A model generated the notes under the pieces. The model was not told the DNA's origin, did no database searches, and saw only the letters and a list, made by a program, of their open reading frames with translations. 64,000 bases of DNA, taken from contig CAZZEH010000003.1 in assembly GCA_964653095.1 (NCBI GenBank), positions 4,651-68,650 of the forward strand. Reading direction: 5' to 3'. Position numbers and translations under genes: made by a program. Position 1 is the stretch's first letter, and each line of letters starts with the position of its first letter. The stretch comes from an uncultured Chitinophagales bacterium (GTDB lineage: Bacteria > Bacteroidota > Bacteroidia > Chitinophagales > JADIYW01). Shown piece by piece: positions 1-10,404 of the stretch.

Positions 1-656
1 ATCACCCCGCCTCTAATCGGAACATTATCGGTATGTCCTTCCACTATAAATTCGATGTCAGGCTGGTTTTTCAAAACTTTCGCGACTTTTTCCAAAACGT
101 TCATGGCTCCGTCGCTTACCTCATAGCTTCCTGTTCTGAACAAAAGCTTATCAGAAATTGAGACATATACCGCACTCTTATCCACCTTAATCTCAATGTC
201 GGAATCATTGATGTCATTCAAAACTCCTTTCAAATTCATGACCAAAGCCATATTCAGAGAGTCCTTTTTCGCAATTGCAGACTGAAGGTCTTTGATGTAC
301 AAGTCTTTTTCTCCAATATTCTCAAGAGATTTTTTAATACTCTCTGCCTGTGATGAAGAAATCACGGATAAATCACTCAATTGTTTTAAAACAGTAGTAT
401 TATGCTCTTTCAGATAATCAATTTGCTGGTTGAGGTTATTTATCTTCCCCTGCAATTCTGCTTTTTCAAGTTCAAATTGGTTAGTTTTTGTTTTTTTATC
501 TTCTAAGCAGTTTCTCAAATCTGTCTGTACTACTAAGTGTTCTTCCTGTAAAGCTTCTAATTTATCTGCTTCTGCCTTAAAGGTTTTTTTACTGACGCAG
601 GAAGTCCCAATAAATAAAATCGCGGATCCTGCAAAAAATAAACTTTTAATTTTCAT
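1..656 (-). CDS. OmpA-family lipoprotein (partial; C-terminus lies beyond the window edge)
   Basis: Manual minus-strand translation from the ATG at 656 gives MKIKSLFFAGSAILFIGTSC (lipoprotein signal). A coiled-coil region follows, then KVLKNQPDIEFIVEGHTDNVPI (OmpA C-terminal-like). The frame stays open to position 1. It is absent from the ORF track because it is truncated. Confidence 0.75.
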   Translation of the reverse strand, partial: MKIKSLFFAGSAILFIGTSCVSKKTFKAEADKLEALQEEHLVVQTDLRNCLEDKKTKTNQFELEKAELQGKINNLNQQIDYLKEHNTTVLKQLSDLSVISSSQAESIKKSLENIGEKDLYIKDLQSAIAKKDSLNMALVMNLKGVLNDINDSDIEIKVDKSAVYVSISDKLLFRTGSYEVSDGAMNVLEKVAKVLKNQPDIEFIVEGHTDNVPIRGGV

Positions 657-718
657 ATAAAGAATTTTAATGTAAATATAGCAAAAAATACAATGGGATA
701 CTTATTTAAAAGCTCCGG

Positions 719-1870
719 TTATTGTTCAAAATTATATTTTTTAAATATTGACTGTAAAGGCGTATAAACTTCTTCTTTTGTCATTCCGTATTGTTCCAGA
801 GAATACGTATGTCCGCTTTTGTAGGATTTGGAGCGCCCGGAAGCCTTCTTTAATCTGCTGTCAAATTCATCACTTACATTCATATTGAAATGGCGGTATA
901 TTTTTATCATTTCATCGTGAGGATTTTCTATCAGGTCTTCATACTTAAGTGTGTACCACTGGTTTTGCGGCAATCTCTGAATGTGTTCATGAAAATAGAG
1001 GTAATAATTGATTGCCAGTTCTCCCCAGGCTCTATGATACATAGAATCTTCCGGTATATCAGGACTATGAGCTTTCCAAGCCGCAGAAAACATACTGATA
1101 AAAGAAGGTACAGCCTTATAAGGCGTCCTTACTATATAAATAATCCTTGCATCCGGAAATATATCTATAATGGTATTGAGCCTGCCGGTGGACATCACAT
1201 TTTTGGATAAAAATATTTTATCTGTGCCCAATACATACATAAATCTCTGAATGGAAGCTTTATAATATGCCGATAGTTTCTCACGCTCTTTTTCCGACAT
1301 CAAATCCGGAAATTTGACATAATCGATTTCATCCATGTACGGACACAGCAGAAAAATCCCACTGGTAATCAGGGTAAAAATAAACGTACCTTCATCTTCT
1401 TCCGACTGATTAAAACCCATAGGATGTATTTCTTCCCATCCCTTAAAAAAAACTCCGTCCAAATAATCAAATGTTTTTCGCAGTGGACTCCCAATCCTTT
1501 TATCAACCGCACCAAAGAAATGGACTATTTTAAAAATTGTAATAGATGGTAATATTGTGTGATAAAGCAGGGTATATCCGTACCGTTCTTCGTCCAGGCA
1601 AAAAAGTCGATGTAAAAATGTGGTGCCGCTTCTCGGGTTGGCGATAATAAAAACCGGTTTTTCAATTTTCAGCCTTCTGTAGCCGGGAAAAAGAATTTCA
1701 TCCAAAAGTCTGAAAACCAGCACTAAAAATGAAACCAGCGTGAAAATAAAAACAAAAAGCAGGGTAAAAAGAAATCTTCTGATACTGAAATGTTTCACAC
1801 ACTGCAGGTAAACTATTTTGAAAAAAGTTTTAAGATGGATATAAAAAATCGAAGCGTGAATAAAACTCAT
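719..1870 (-). CDS. sulfotransferase family protein (N-terminal TM anchor)
   Basis: NPRSGTTFLHRL matches the PAPS 5'-phosphosulfate-binding loop. A hydrophobic N-terminal helix is present. Confidence 0.7.
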   Translation of the reverse strand: MSFIHASIFYIHLKTFFKIVYLQCVKHFSIRRFLFTLLFVFIFTLVSFLVLVFRLLDEILFPGYRRLKIEKPVFIIANPRSGTTFLHRLFCLDEERYGYTLLYHTILPSITIFKIVHFFGAVDKRIGSPLRKTFDYLDGVFFKGWEEIHPMGFNQSEEDEGTFIFTLITSGIFLLCPYMDEIDYVKFPDLMSEKEREKLSAYYKASIQRFMYVLGTDKIFLSKNVMSTGRLNTIIDIFPDARIIYIVRTPYKAVPSFISMFSAAWKAHSPDIPEDSMYHRAWGELAINYYLYFHEHIQRLPQNQWYTLKYEDLIENPHDEMIKIYRHFNMNVSDEFDSRLKKASGRSKSYKSGHTYSLEQYGMTKEEVYTPLQSIFKKYNFEQ

Positions 1871-1876
1871 AATAAT

Positions 1877-2683
1877 TTATATTGTGATATCCGGATTGAC
1901 ATTTTGATAGTGTTCCAGAATACTTTTTGAAAAAAGTTGATACAAAGATAAAAGAACTGTTTTATCGAAAGACTCTATAAGGTTTAAATGCTTTTGGATG
2001 GTCTGTAAATCTCCCCTTCTTGCAGGACCAGTTTGTGCGTTTTCTGCTCCCAATTCAAGTGCTTTGCTTAGTGTCTCTTTCAACAGCGGGCCAAATAACT
2101 CTTTTGGGATTTGATAATTTTCAGCATAATTCTCAGACAAAAACACAAGATAATTTACAAAGTTATTGATTAATACAGCAGCAACGTGAACGTGCATTTT
2201 CTGCTCTTCGCTTATTTCATGATATTGACCACCAAGCTTAAGAGTCAGTTCACGGAGTGATTCTTTCACCTCTGAATTGTCCGATGTAATTAAAAAAGGT
2301 AAGTCCTGAAAACTGACTTCCTTTCCCCGGGTAAAGGTCTGCAACGGATACCAGACAGCTGAGCGGTCAAACTTTTTATCCAAAACATCCAATCCTTTGA
2401 CTCCCGATGTGTGAACGACTACCCCTTTAACTTTTGGCATGGCTTCCGCCATTGTGTGTATCGCATCATCCGAAACTGAAAGAATATACAAATCGGCATC
2501 TGCACTCATCTTTCCAAAATCTGAACTGATTTTTTGCGCATTGACCTGTTTTGCAAGTGTTTCAGCATGAAGAAGATTGCGGGAAATAACCTCCACAATT
2601 TCGATTTCATTTTTTACAAGTGCTGCTGCAATCGCAGACGCGACATTTCCGGAACCTATAATGACAGCATGCTTAAGCCGCAT
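1877..2683 (-). CDS. Rossmann-fold NAD(P)-binding protein (DUF2520-type)
   Basis: N-terminal VIIGSGNVASAIAAAL dinucleotide-binding motif. Length and layout resemble DUF2520 proteins. Confidence 0.6.
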   Translation of the reverse strand: MRLKHAVIIGSGNVASAIAAALVKNEIEIVEVISRNLLHAETLAKQVNAQKISSDFGKMSADADLYILSVSDDAIHTMAEAMPKVKGVVVHTSGVKGLDVLDKKFDRSAVWYPLQTFTRGKEVSFQDLPFLITSDNSEVKESLRELTLKLGGQYHEISEEQKMHVHVAAVLINNFVNYLVFLSENYAENYQIPKELFGPLLKETLSKALELGAENAQTGPARRGDLQTIQKHLNLIESFDKTVLLSLYQLFSKSILEHYQNVNPDITI

Positions 2684-5129
2684 GAATTCTTTTGTTTTCC
2701 AAATAGCGTTTTCTCAGGCTCAGCACCATACCCACAAACATCACAAAAGCCCCAAGCCAAACTAAATTTATGAAAGGGAAAATAACTGCTTTCATAATAA
2801 TAAACTTCCGCAGTTTCTGTTCTGTGGAGATTTCAATCTGATTTTCTTCCGGAAAAATTCTGGTCAGAGAAAAACGCACATCCAAATCTTCCACACGTTC
2901 CGCAAAAGAGTTTGCCATAGACTCTCTTATAAAATACTTAGGCTCTATCAACCTAGTCGTGTCCATGGTATATAACCTCAATTGAGCTCCCACCAAAATA
3001 TCATCCTCTCTCAATTCTACCAAATCAGTTTCCGCGCGTGGATTTATCCCTTCATAAATTGCAAAAGCTCTGGACACAAATATCGTATCTCCAATGCCTA
3101 CTTTTTTGCTCTCTATCAACAGGCTGTCGCCCGGAGTCCCGTCATCATTGAGTGGCGCCATGGTGATGTGAGTATAAAGGTCCCGGTTCAGAGAGCGCTT
3201 TGTAGATGGATTAGGCACATTACCCATTTGCCTGTTAATCTGTACATTGGGGTACAGCACAAAAGAAGATTCGGTTTCTCCTTTTTCATTCAGTTTTTCA
3301 TAGAGAACCTTAAAGTAAATATTAGGCATGGCCGTAGAATCACCCAAATAAGTCACTTTAAAACCACTCATCATTTGAGGTTCATTCTGATACAGAAGAA
3401 TATTTTGAGCATTCTCTTCATCCGAAAAGCTGTCACCGTAATTGATTCCAAATTTATTCACAGATACGACATGCTGCCTGCCCTGAGAAATCAAAATACC
3501 GAGCATAAAAAGACCAAATCCGATGTGAGTGACCGATCCGCCGATATTCAGAAGCTTAGCTTTTTGCGTATTGTATAAATAATGTGCATTCGCCACCACT
3601 GCGTACACAGATGCTACAGCCAACAGCAAATAATCTATTCTGTAAAACTTGAAATAATAGATGAGCGGAACCGCAATAGCAAGAGAGACCAAAAGTGTAG
3701 AAAGGATCGCCTTCATCACCTTTTTCATTCTGGATTTCTTATACGCAAAAAACTGTGTAACCGCCGCACCGACAGCCAACAGAATAGCTATCCAAATTTC
3801 CACATCGTTATAATGTTCAGGTCCGGGAGGAGCTATATTTGAACCAAATAAATTATTGAAAACCGGAAAGGACGTAAAAATACTGATATGTAAAGCCGAA
3901 ACTAAAAATACCAAAGCTCCTATAAACACCCAAAATTCTCTCGAAGTAATATCTTCCTCTTCTTTTTTATTCGGAATCTCTTTGTACCTCTTAATTATTA
4001 ACCAAACGGTAGGAATCAGGAAAACGAAAATAGAAATCACTAACTGGGCAGACATTCCCATATCGGTGAAAGAATGTACCGAGGATTCCCCCAACACTCC
4101 GCTCTTAGTCATAAAACTGGAGTAAAGGGTAAAAATCATCCCCGCCATAAAAAACAGATAAGTAGGGACAAGAGAATGTCCGGTACTTTTATATACGATA
4201 GCTGTGTGAAGTCCTGCCGCAATAAACAGCCAGGGAACCAAGGAAGCATTTTCCACCGGGTCCCATGCCCAAAATCCACCGAAACTCAAGGCTTCATACG
4301 CCCACGCTCCTCCAAGCAGAAGTCCTACTCCAAGTACAATAAGACTAAACACAGACCAACTGATGGCAGGCTGCAACCAGTCTTTGTAATTTCTCAGCCA
4401 AAGAGAAGACAACGCATAAGCGAAAGGAATCGTAGCCGAAGCAAACCCCAAAAATAATGCAGGCGGATGAATAACCATCCAATAATTTTGAAGTAAAGGG
4501 TTTAACCCGCTGCCGTCCTCAAAAACAAAATTGGGGTCCAAAGACAAAATAGGAATTTCCATAGTATCCTTTAACAAGGCAAACGGATTACTTCCCAACT
4601 TATAGTGTGTCCAGTCAAATGCAAAATAGAATGGAGAAAAATCAAGCTGTATATCCGGTATTTTAACGTAGAGACCAAGTTCCATAGAGCCCAGCATGAC
4701 CTGAGCCAACGCAAGAATTGCAAGTATCGGAGCTTCCCATTTTTTGGCAGTAAACAGTAACACAAAACCCAATACAGTATGCCAAAACATCCATAAAAGT
4801 GTACTGCCTTCCTGTCCTTCCCAAAATGCAGAGAACACATATTTGAAAGGCAATTCACGGGAAGAATGCTGATACACATAACGGTATTCAAAGAGATGTA
4901 ACTGTAGCATCAAAAACAAAACAGCTACCACACCCAATACACTCACGCCGTGAATAATGAACCAGGTGCGACCTGTTTTTAACCAAGACGCCGAGGCCGC
5001 AGAAGAAGATTTTCTGACCGCAAGAAAATAAGAAATACTTGAAGCAAGACCTGCTACAAACGCTGTAATGAGAAGTAAATGGCCGATTTGGCCAAATATG
5101 AGATTACTTCCCTCCGAGTATATATCCAT
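2673..5129 (-). CDS. ccmF: cytochrome c maturation heme lyase / heme-handling protein, CcmF-like
   Basis: Polytopic 818-aa protein with the Trp-rich heme-handling motif GGFWAWDPVENASLVPW. It lies directly downstream of ccmE. Confidence 0.75.
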   Translation of the reverse strand: MDIYSEGSNLIFGQIGHLLLITAFVAGLASSISYFLAVRKSSSAASASWLKTGRTWFIIHGVSVLGVVAVLFLMLQLHLFEYRYVYQHSSRELPFKYVFSAFWEGQEGSTLLWMFWHTVLGFVLLFTAKKWEAPILAILALAQVMLGSMELGLYVKIPDIQLDFSPFYFAFDWTHYKLGSNPFALLKDTMEIPILSLDPNFVFEDGSGLNPLLQNYWMVIHPPALFLGFASATIPFAYALSSLWLRNYKDWLQPAISWSVFSLIVLGVGLLLGGAWAYEALSFGGFWAWDPVENASLVPWLFIAAGLHTAIVYKSTGHSLVPTYLFFMAGMIFTLYSSFMTKSGVLGESSVHSFTDMGMSAQLVISIFVFLIPTVWLIIKRYKEIPNKKEEEDITSREFWVFIGALVFLVSALHISIFTSFPVFNNLFGSNIAPPGPEHYNDVEIWIAILLAVGAAVTQFFAYKKSRMKKVMKAILSTLLVSLAIAVPLIYYFKFYRIDYLLLAVASVYAVVANAHYLYNTQKAKLLNIGGSVTHIGFGLFMLGILISQGRQHVVSVNKFGINYGDSFSDEENAQNILLYQNEPQMMSGFKVTYLGDSTAMPNIYFKVLYEKLNEKGETESSFVLYPNVQINRQMGNVPNPSTKRSLNRDLYTHITMAPLNDDGTPGDSLLIESKKVGIGDTIFVSRAFAIYEGINPRAETDLVELREDDILVGAQLRLYTMDTTRLIEPKYFIRESMANSFAERVEDLDVRFSLTRIFPEENQIEISTEQKLRKFIIMKAVIFPFINLVWLGAFVMFVGMVLSLRKRYLENKRIHAA

Positions 5130-5132
5130 ATA

Positions 5133-5525
5133 TTAAATAGAAGCTGTTTGGAATTGCTCATCCACGTACTTAGACGGGCATTTCATTAAAATTTTAGAAG
5201 CAACAAACTGCTCTCCCACCAATTTTCCGGTCACAACTATCTTTTCAGACCGTTCAAAATCAGTAGGTTTCTCACCTTTGTAAAAGACCTCTCTTACCAC
5301 ACCATTCTCATCTTCCAGGTAAAAAATAAATCTGTTGGGGTCTTTCAATGGTTCATAAATTAATTCTGACCCGGCAGCCAAAACTCCGACCACATTGATT
5401 TCCTTGCCCTTTTGAGCATAAGCTGAATCAAATGTTTCATAACGGCTGAAATCACCCAGCATGCTTATCAAAACGCCAGTGAGAACTGCAATAAACAATA
5501 AGGCTATGATGTGAGTTCTTTTCAT
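5133..5525 (-). CDS. ccmE: cytochrome c maturation heme chaperone CcmE (CxxxY variant)
   Basis: N-terminal anchor plus an OB-fold-like body. The C-terminal KILMKCPSKY aligns with the canonical LAKHDENY heme-binding motif, with Cys replacing His. Confidence 0.7.
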   Translation of the reverse strand: MKRTHIIALLFIAVLTGVLISMLGDFSRYETFDSAYAQKGKEINVVGVLAAGSELIYEPLKDPNRFIFYLEDENGVVREVFYKGEKPTDFERSEKIVVTGKLVGEQFVASKILMKCPSKYVDEQFQTASI

Positions 5526-5700
5526 AATTTCCCTATATAAATATCTTGCGAAGATAATTAAATTTGACGGTCTGAATAATGCAAAACTGTCATAATCCTG
5601 TTATCTTATTGCTAATGAACTAAATATATACATTGCCAAAACATTTTTTAACACTTTAATCTTATAATGTATAATTTTACATCACTAAAACACCTCAAAA

Positions 5701-6213
5701 ATGGAGTACCAAAACTCAAATTTAAATTCCATAAAAACTATCTTTCTGACTTATGCGCTGCCACTGGGCCTCTTGTTTATAGCCATTACTATCCTGACAT
5801 TTTTACTGGACATTGATAAAGAAAAATGGGTGGGCTATCTCACCTGGGTTATCATGCTGACAGCCGCCGTGTACAGCATCTATGACGTGCGAAAAAAGCA
5901 AAACGGACACATAAAATTTTCAGAAGGTTTTAAGGTTGCATTTTTCACTTTATTCTTAGCAAGTGTGATCAGTTCTGTCTATTTCTTTATTCACGTGGAA
6001 ATTATCAATCCGGACTTTATGAATTCATTGGTTGAGATCCAACGCGACGAAATGCTGAAAAGAGGAATGTCCGAAGAGGTCGTCGAAAAAGCTTTGGAAG
6101 CTTCCGCACCTTTCAGCTCGCCTTATGTTTTTATTCCAATCGGACTTCTGAGCAATGCAGCGATTTCAGCAATTATCAGTGCAATTATTGCTGCAGTGAT
6201 GAAGAAAGATTAA
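5701..6213 (+). CDS. small multi-pass membrane protein (DUF4199-like)
   Basis: Four hydrophobic segments and a central soluble loop. Typical of Bacteroidota DUF4199 proteins. Confidence 0.5.
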   Translation: MEYQNSNLNSIKTIFLTYALPLGLLFIAITILTFLLDIDKEKWVGYLTWVIMLTAAVYSIYDVRKKQNGHIKFSEGFKVAFFTLFLASVISSVYFFIHVEIINPDFMNSLVEIQRDEMLKRGMSEEVVEKALEASAPFSSPYVFIPIGLLSNAAISAIISAIIAAVMKKD

Positions 6214-7445
6214 ATGGATTCTTCTCTGAAACCGATTTTTTTCATATCGGGAAGAAAATAAGCGACCATTCCAATCAAAGGCAGATACGCACAGATTGAA
6301 TAGATATGACTTATGGATGTATGGTCTGCCCACCATCCTAAAACAGCAGCTCCCAATCCACCCATTCCAAAAGCAAAACCGTAAAACAGACCGGATACCA
6401 TTCCTATCTTTTTAGGGAGAAGTTCCTGAGCATAAACTAATATGGAAGGAAATGCCGAAGACATAATAAAACCAATAACCGCAACCAATATTCCTGTCCA
6501 GAACAAACTGGCGTAAGGAAGTATAAGTGTAAAAGGCGATGCGCCCAAAACGGAAACCCATATAATATATTTCCGTCCTAATTTATCCCCGAGAAAACCG
6601 CCAAACAAAGTACCTAAAGCGACTGAAACAAGAAAATAAAATAGATAAATCTGTGCCTGAGTTTCTGTAACATGGAATTTATCTATCGTAAAAAACTGTA
6701 AATAGCTGGTAATACTTGCGATATAAAAAAACTTGGAAAATATCAGCATCATTAGTACTCCTATTGCCATTTTTATTCGGGCCGAACTGATGTCAGGTAC
6801 CAAAACAATATTCTTTTTTAATTTTTGGACTGTCTGGAGTACTCCGGAATACCATTTGGCGATATAAGCCAAAAATATCTGTGCAAAAAATGCTACTGCC
6901 ACAAACCAAATAATATTTCTCTGCCCTTTTGGAATGACTATCCAGGCAAAAAACAAAGGACCCAACGCCGCTCCAAAATTCCCTCCTATCTGAAAGATAG
7001 ACTGAGCCAGACTCCTTTTGCCTCCTGATGAAAGATACGCCACTCTGGAAGATTCCGGGTGAAAAATAGAGGAGCCGACACCAATAAACGAAACCGATAT
7101 CAATACCCAATAATAATGATTGGCAAACGAAAGCATGACCACTCCCAGCCCGCTAAATATCATCCCGATTATTTGAGAATATGGCTTGGGATGCCTGTCA
7201 GTATATTGTCCGACCACCGGCTGAAAAATGGACGAAGACAACTGAAAAACAAGTGTAATCATTCCTACCTGAGAAAAAGTAAGCCTATAGTTTTCCTTGA
7301 GCATAGGTAATGCGGCAGGAATAATTGCCTGAATCAAATCATTCGATAGATGTCCGAGACAAATTGCCAATAAAACAGCGTAATTGGTTTTATTGACATC
7401 ATAAAATAACTTTCTCTTTGGTGTAATTGTGACTGATTCCGCCAT
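6210..7445 (-). CDS. MFS transporter
   Basis: 411 aa with about 12 TM segments. MFS-like loop motif between TM2 and TM3 (GQYTDRHPKP). Confidence 0.8.
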   Translation of the reverse strand: MAESVTITPKRKLFYDVNKTNYAVLLAICLGHLSNDLIQAIIPAALPMLKENYRLTFSQVGMITLVFQLSSSIFQPVVGQYTDRHPKPYSQIIGMIFSGLGVVMLSFANHYYWVLISVSFIGVGSSIFHPESSRVAYLSSGGKRSLAQSIFQIGGNFGAALGPLFFAWIVIPKGQRNIIWFVAVAFFAQIFLAYIAKWYSGVLQTVQKLKKNIVLVPDISSARIKMAIGVLMMLIFSKFFYIASITSYLQFFTIDKFHVTETQAQIYLFYFLVSVALGTLFGGFLGDKLGRKYIIWVSVLGASPFTLILPYASLFWTGILVAVIGFIMSSAFPSILVYAQELLPKKIGMVSGLFYGFAFGMGGLGAAVLGWWADHTSISHIYSICAYLPLIGMVAYFLPDMKKIGFREESI

Positions 7446-7727
7446 AAAAATGAATCGTTTATTTTAAACTGACACTAATGTCAATAATATTGAATGAATT
7501 TTGTTTGAAAATTTCTTTTATCTAAATGATAATAACGGAAAGTTAACGGCATACATGGTTTGGTCAGCTTTTATCATTCAGAAAAGGCGAATTCAGTCCG
7601 ATATAGAGCCGAAAAATTTCAGAAAAGTTTGGGCATAAAAATGATAATTTGAACTGTGTTTGGGAAAGATTCAGTCCCTCTCAGACCATTTGTAACAAAA
7701 GTAACTTTTGAGTACAGGTGTTTTAAA

Positions 7728-7735
7728 TAACTTTG
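7728..7735 (+). promoter_or_regulatory. Bacteroidota-type -7 promoter box TAACTTTG
   Basis: Matches the TAnnTTTG consensus 22 nt upstream of the rhodanese start codon. Confidence 0.5.
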
Positions 7736-7756
7736 CACACGCAATAAAAGAAAAAT

Positions 7757-8071
7757 ATGTTCGGACTTTTTAAAAGAGAAGAAAACACTTCCAACGAAAT
7801 CACAGAAGCTATACACAACGGCGCATACTTGGTAGATGTAAGAAGCCGCGTTGAATTCATGATGGGGAGCGCACCCGGAGCAGTCAATATACCTGTAGAA
7901 ACCATTATGCAGCAATTGGATAAGCTGAAAAACAAAAAATCAATTGTGTTGTTTTGCAGAAGCGGCAGCAGAAGCGGTATGGCTCTTCAAATGCTTAAAA
8001 GCAGAGGTTTTACTAATGTATATAATGGAGGAACCTGGCAAAATGTCAAAAGAATTGCAGAGTCCGCATAA
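7757..8071 (+). CDS. rhodanese-like domain protein
   Basis: Active-site loop CRSGSRS in a single ~100-aa rhodanese domain. Confidence 0.8.
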   Translation: MFGLFKREENTSNEITEAIHNGAYLVDVRSRVEFMMGSAPGAVNIPVETIMQQLDKLKNKKSIVLFCRSGSRSGMALQMLKSRGFTNVYNGGTWQNVKRIAESA

Positions 8072-8101
8072 AGTTGTCGGTACAGACCTTAAAAACAATT
8101 T

Positions 8102-8308
8102 ATGAAAAACTTCCTTACTCAATACTGGCTTTATATCGCAGGCGGCATTTTGGGCGCTGCAGCAGGTTTTGCATACTGGAAATTTGTGGGATGTCATTCC
8201 GGCACGTGTATGATCACTTCAAAACCGATAAACAGTACTTTGTATGGAGCATTGATGGGGAGCTTACTTTTGTCATTATTCCAAAAAGAAAAACCTAAAG
8301 AGATATGA
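8102..8308 (+). CDS. small membrane protein with CHSGTC motif
   Basis: Two hydrophobic helices flank CHSGTC. Its stop overlaps the thioredoxin start (ATGA), which suggests translational coupling. Confidence 0.5.
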   Translation: MKNFLTQYWLYIAGGILGAAAGFAYWKFVGCHSGTCMITSKPINSTLYGALMGSLLLSLFQKEKPKEI

Positions 8309-8598
8309 ATTTTCAAGATATTATTAATTCAGACCGACCGGTTTTGGTGGATTTTTTCGCGACTTGGTGCGGTCCCTGCAAAATGATGCCTCCTATTCTT
8401 TCCGAGTTGAAATCAAGAGTGGGCGACAAGGCCAAAATCATTAAAATAGATGTGGACAAAAATCCGCAGGCTGCAAGGAAATATCAGATTCAAAGTGTTC
8501 CTACTCTGATGATATTCAAAAACGGGAAAGTCGTCTGGAGACAGTCCGGAGTAGTACAGGCAAGAGCTCTGGAAAAAATTATTAACGGCCTGGATTAA
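8305..8598 (+). CDS. trxA: thioredoxin
   Basis: WCGPC active site in a 97-aa thioredoxin fold pattern. Confidence 0.9.
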   Translation: MNFQDIINSDRPVLVDFFATWCGPCKMMPPILSELKSRVGDKAKIIKIDVDKNPQAARKYQIQSVPTLMIFKNGKVVWRQSGVVQARALEKIINGLD

Positions 8599-8672
8599 AA
8601 CCATATTTATTTCTGTCAGCAGTTTGGATAAAACGTGCTGAAATACCCTGACTGCTTCCAAATTTTACAATT

Positions 8673-9062
8673 ATGAACAAACTTTTTTATATCCTTTTCT
8701 TTGTACTGATTTCGTGCGGTACGCAAACCAATGAGAGTGCGGGAAAATATCTGTTGGATGCCAATACATTTTTTGAAACGGCCAGCGACCGTCCCGATTT
8801 GCAGTTAATTGACATTCGTACACCTGAAGAATACCAGAGCGGACATTTGGAAAATGCACTCAATATCAACTGGTACGACAGTGATTTTATGCAGCAGATG
8901 GCCCAATTAGATGCCTCAAAACCACTGTACATATACTGTCGCAGCGGTAAAAGAAGTGCGGCGGCCGCAGATAAATTATCCCGGGAAGGGTTTGAAGTTT
9001 ATGACCTTGGCGGCGGAATTTTAAGCTGGCAGAACAACCACCTGAAAATGGTCAATTACTAA
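8673..9062 (+). CDS. rhodanese-like lipoprotein
   Basis: Signal plus lipobox (LISCG) and active-site loop CRSGKRS. Confidence 0.8.
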   Translation: MNKLFYILFFVLISCGTQTNESAGKYLLDANTFFETASDRPDLQLIDIRTPEEYQSGHLENALNINWYDSDFMQQMAQLDASKPLYIYCRSGKRSAAAADKLSREGFEVYDLGGGILSWQNNHLKMVNY

Positions 9063-9214
9063 TCAGGATTCAATGCTGTTTAGTTAAGGATTTTTAGAAA
9101 ATGAGATGCTTCCCTTAAGTTTGTTCCATGGCATTTATTATACAAAATGAACTGACCTACGTCATTCTGGAAGAATCTAAAAGTAATTCATTTTGTTAGC
9201 TAAACGATACTGAA

Positions 9215-9589
9215 TTAGGATTTCAGTTTAAAAAAGGCCTGACGGGCACCAAAACCCAGACACCATACATTAATAAACAAATTCATCACCAGCTCGTCTG
9301 TACCAATTCTGTACATTCCGTTGAGTGCATTGAAAGAAATATCACACAAGCCCAAAAAAATCATTGCGCCTCCGGCAATACGGGTATATTGATGCGCTTT
9401 GGGGATATTTTTTCCCCACTGGTACCAGGCAAGGATTAAAATGACGGACAGGAAAAAATCCGGTAACGGAAAACTGTTTTCAAAAGCTTGATAGCATTCC
9501 GGATACAACTCATTTTCAAATCCCACAGTAAAATAAGCTGTCCAAAAAAGAAGAATGCCTATGGCCGTAATTAATTGAAGAAGTCTCAT
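9215..9589 (-). CDS. small integral membrane protein, unknown function
   Basis: Four hydrophobic segments. Its start overlaps the stop of the upstream SDR gene, implying one operon. Confidence 0.5.
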   Translation of the reverse strand: MRLLQLITAIGILLFWTAYFTVGFENELYPECYQAFENSFPLPDFFLSVILILAWYQWGKNIPKAHQYTRIAGGAMIFLGLCDISFNALNGMYRIGTDELVMNLFINVWCLGFGARQAFFKLKS

Positions 9590-10404
9590 TGTTTTTGTTT
9601 TTGAACCTTAATAATATCTTTTTGAATAATCCGATACAAAATTCCCGGCAGCCACCTTTTGAGAAACCAGACCAGCTTAGATTCAAAATTGACTAAAAGA
9701 ATAAACTTCCCTTTCTCCATAGCTTTTATCGCACATCCGGCAACAGCTTCCGGCGTCATTAACTTTGCATTGGCTGAGACTGCGATAGTTTCTGCGGGTT
9801 TAGTTTTATTTTCCTCCTGAAATCCGGGCGTATCTGTATCCGGCGGGCACAACACAGAGAGCTGAATCCGATATTGTTTTAGTTCGCTCCGCAACACTTC
9901 GGACAAACCTATCAGACCAAATTTTGTAATCGAATAATCCGAATATCCAAAAACTCCGACAAAGCCCGCCACAGAAGAAGTATTCATAATAAAACCTCCG
10001 GTCTTTTTCATATAAGGCAAAGCAGCCTGAATAGTGTTCCAGGCGGTCAGTACATTGATCTGAAACGTCTCTTCCAACTGAGCCGAATCAATCTGTTCAA
10101 AATATTGGGGGACAGCCCTACCCACACAATTAATCAGAAAATAGGGAGTCATATTTTCTTCTGCCAAACGCGAAAAAGCTTTCTGTACATCTTCGCCCTT
10201 TCGTACATCAAGACTTAAATATCGAGTTTGACTTTCTGTATAACGCTCCTGAAGTCGTACGGATACCTCCCTGAGCTTTTCTTCACTTCGGGATACAAGC
10301 AGTACATTGGCACCCCTTTTAAGATATTCTTCTCCCATAGCCAGCCCGATTCCTTCAGAACCGCCTATGATAAATGCCCACTGTCCGGTATATTGAATGC
10401 TCAT
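9586..10404 (-). CDS. SDR oxidoreductase, 3-ketodihydrosphingosine reductase (KDSR)-like
   Basis: GGSEGIG cofactor motif and YSxxK catalytic motif (YSITK). [20 protein letters not shown] closely matches the eukaryotic KDSR segment [20 protein letters not shown] as I recall it. Confidence 0.65.
   Translation of the reverse strand: [272 protein letters not shown]

Noticed and set aside
430-660. 76-aa plus-strand ORF at the left edge
   Set aside because: It is antisense to the OmpA-like lipoprotein gene that I could translate cleanly on the minus strand.
2982-4457. Long antisense ORFs inside large genes (for example 2982..3578, 4074..4457, 10753..11196, 38199..38543, 59411..59917)
   Set aside because: Each lies opposite a strongly supported gene and has an Arg/Ser/His-rich shadow-frame composition.
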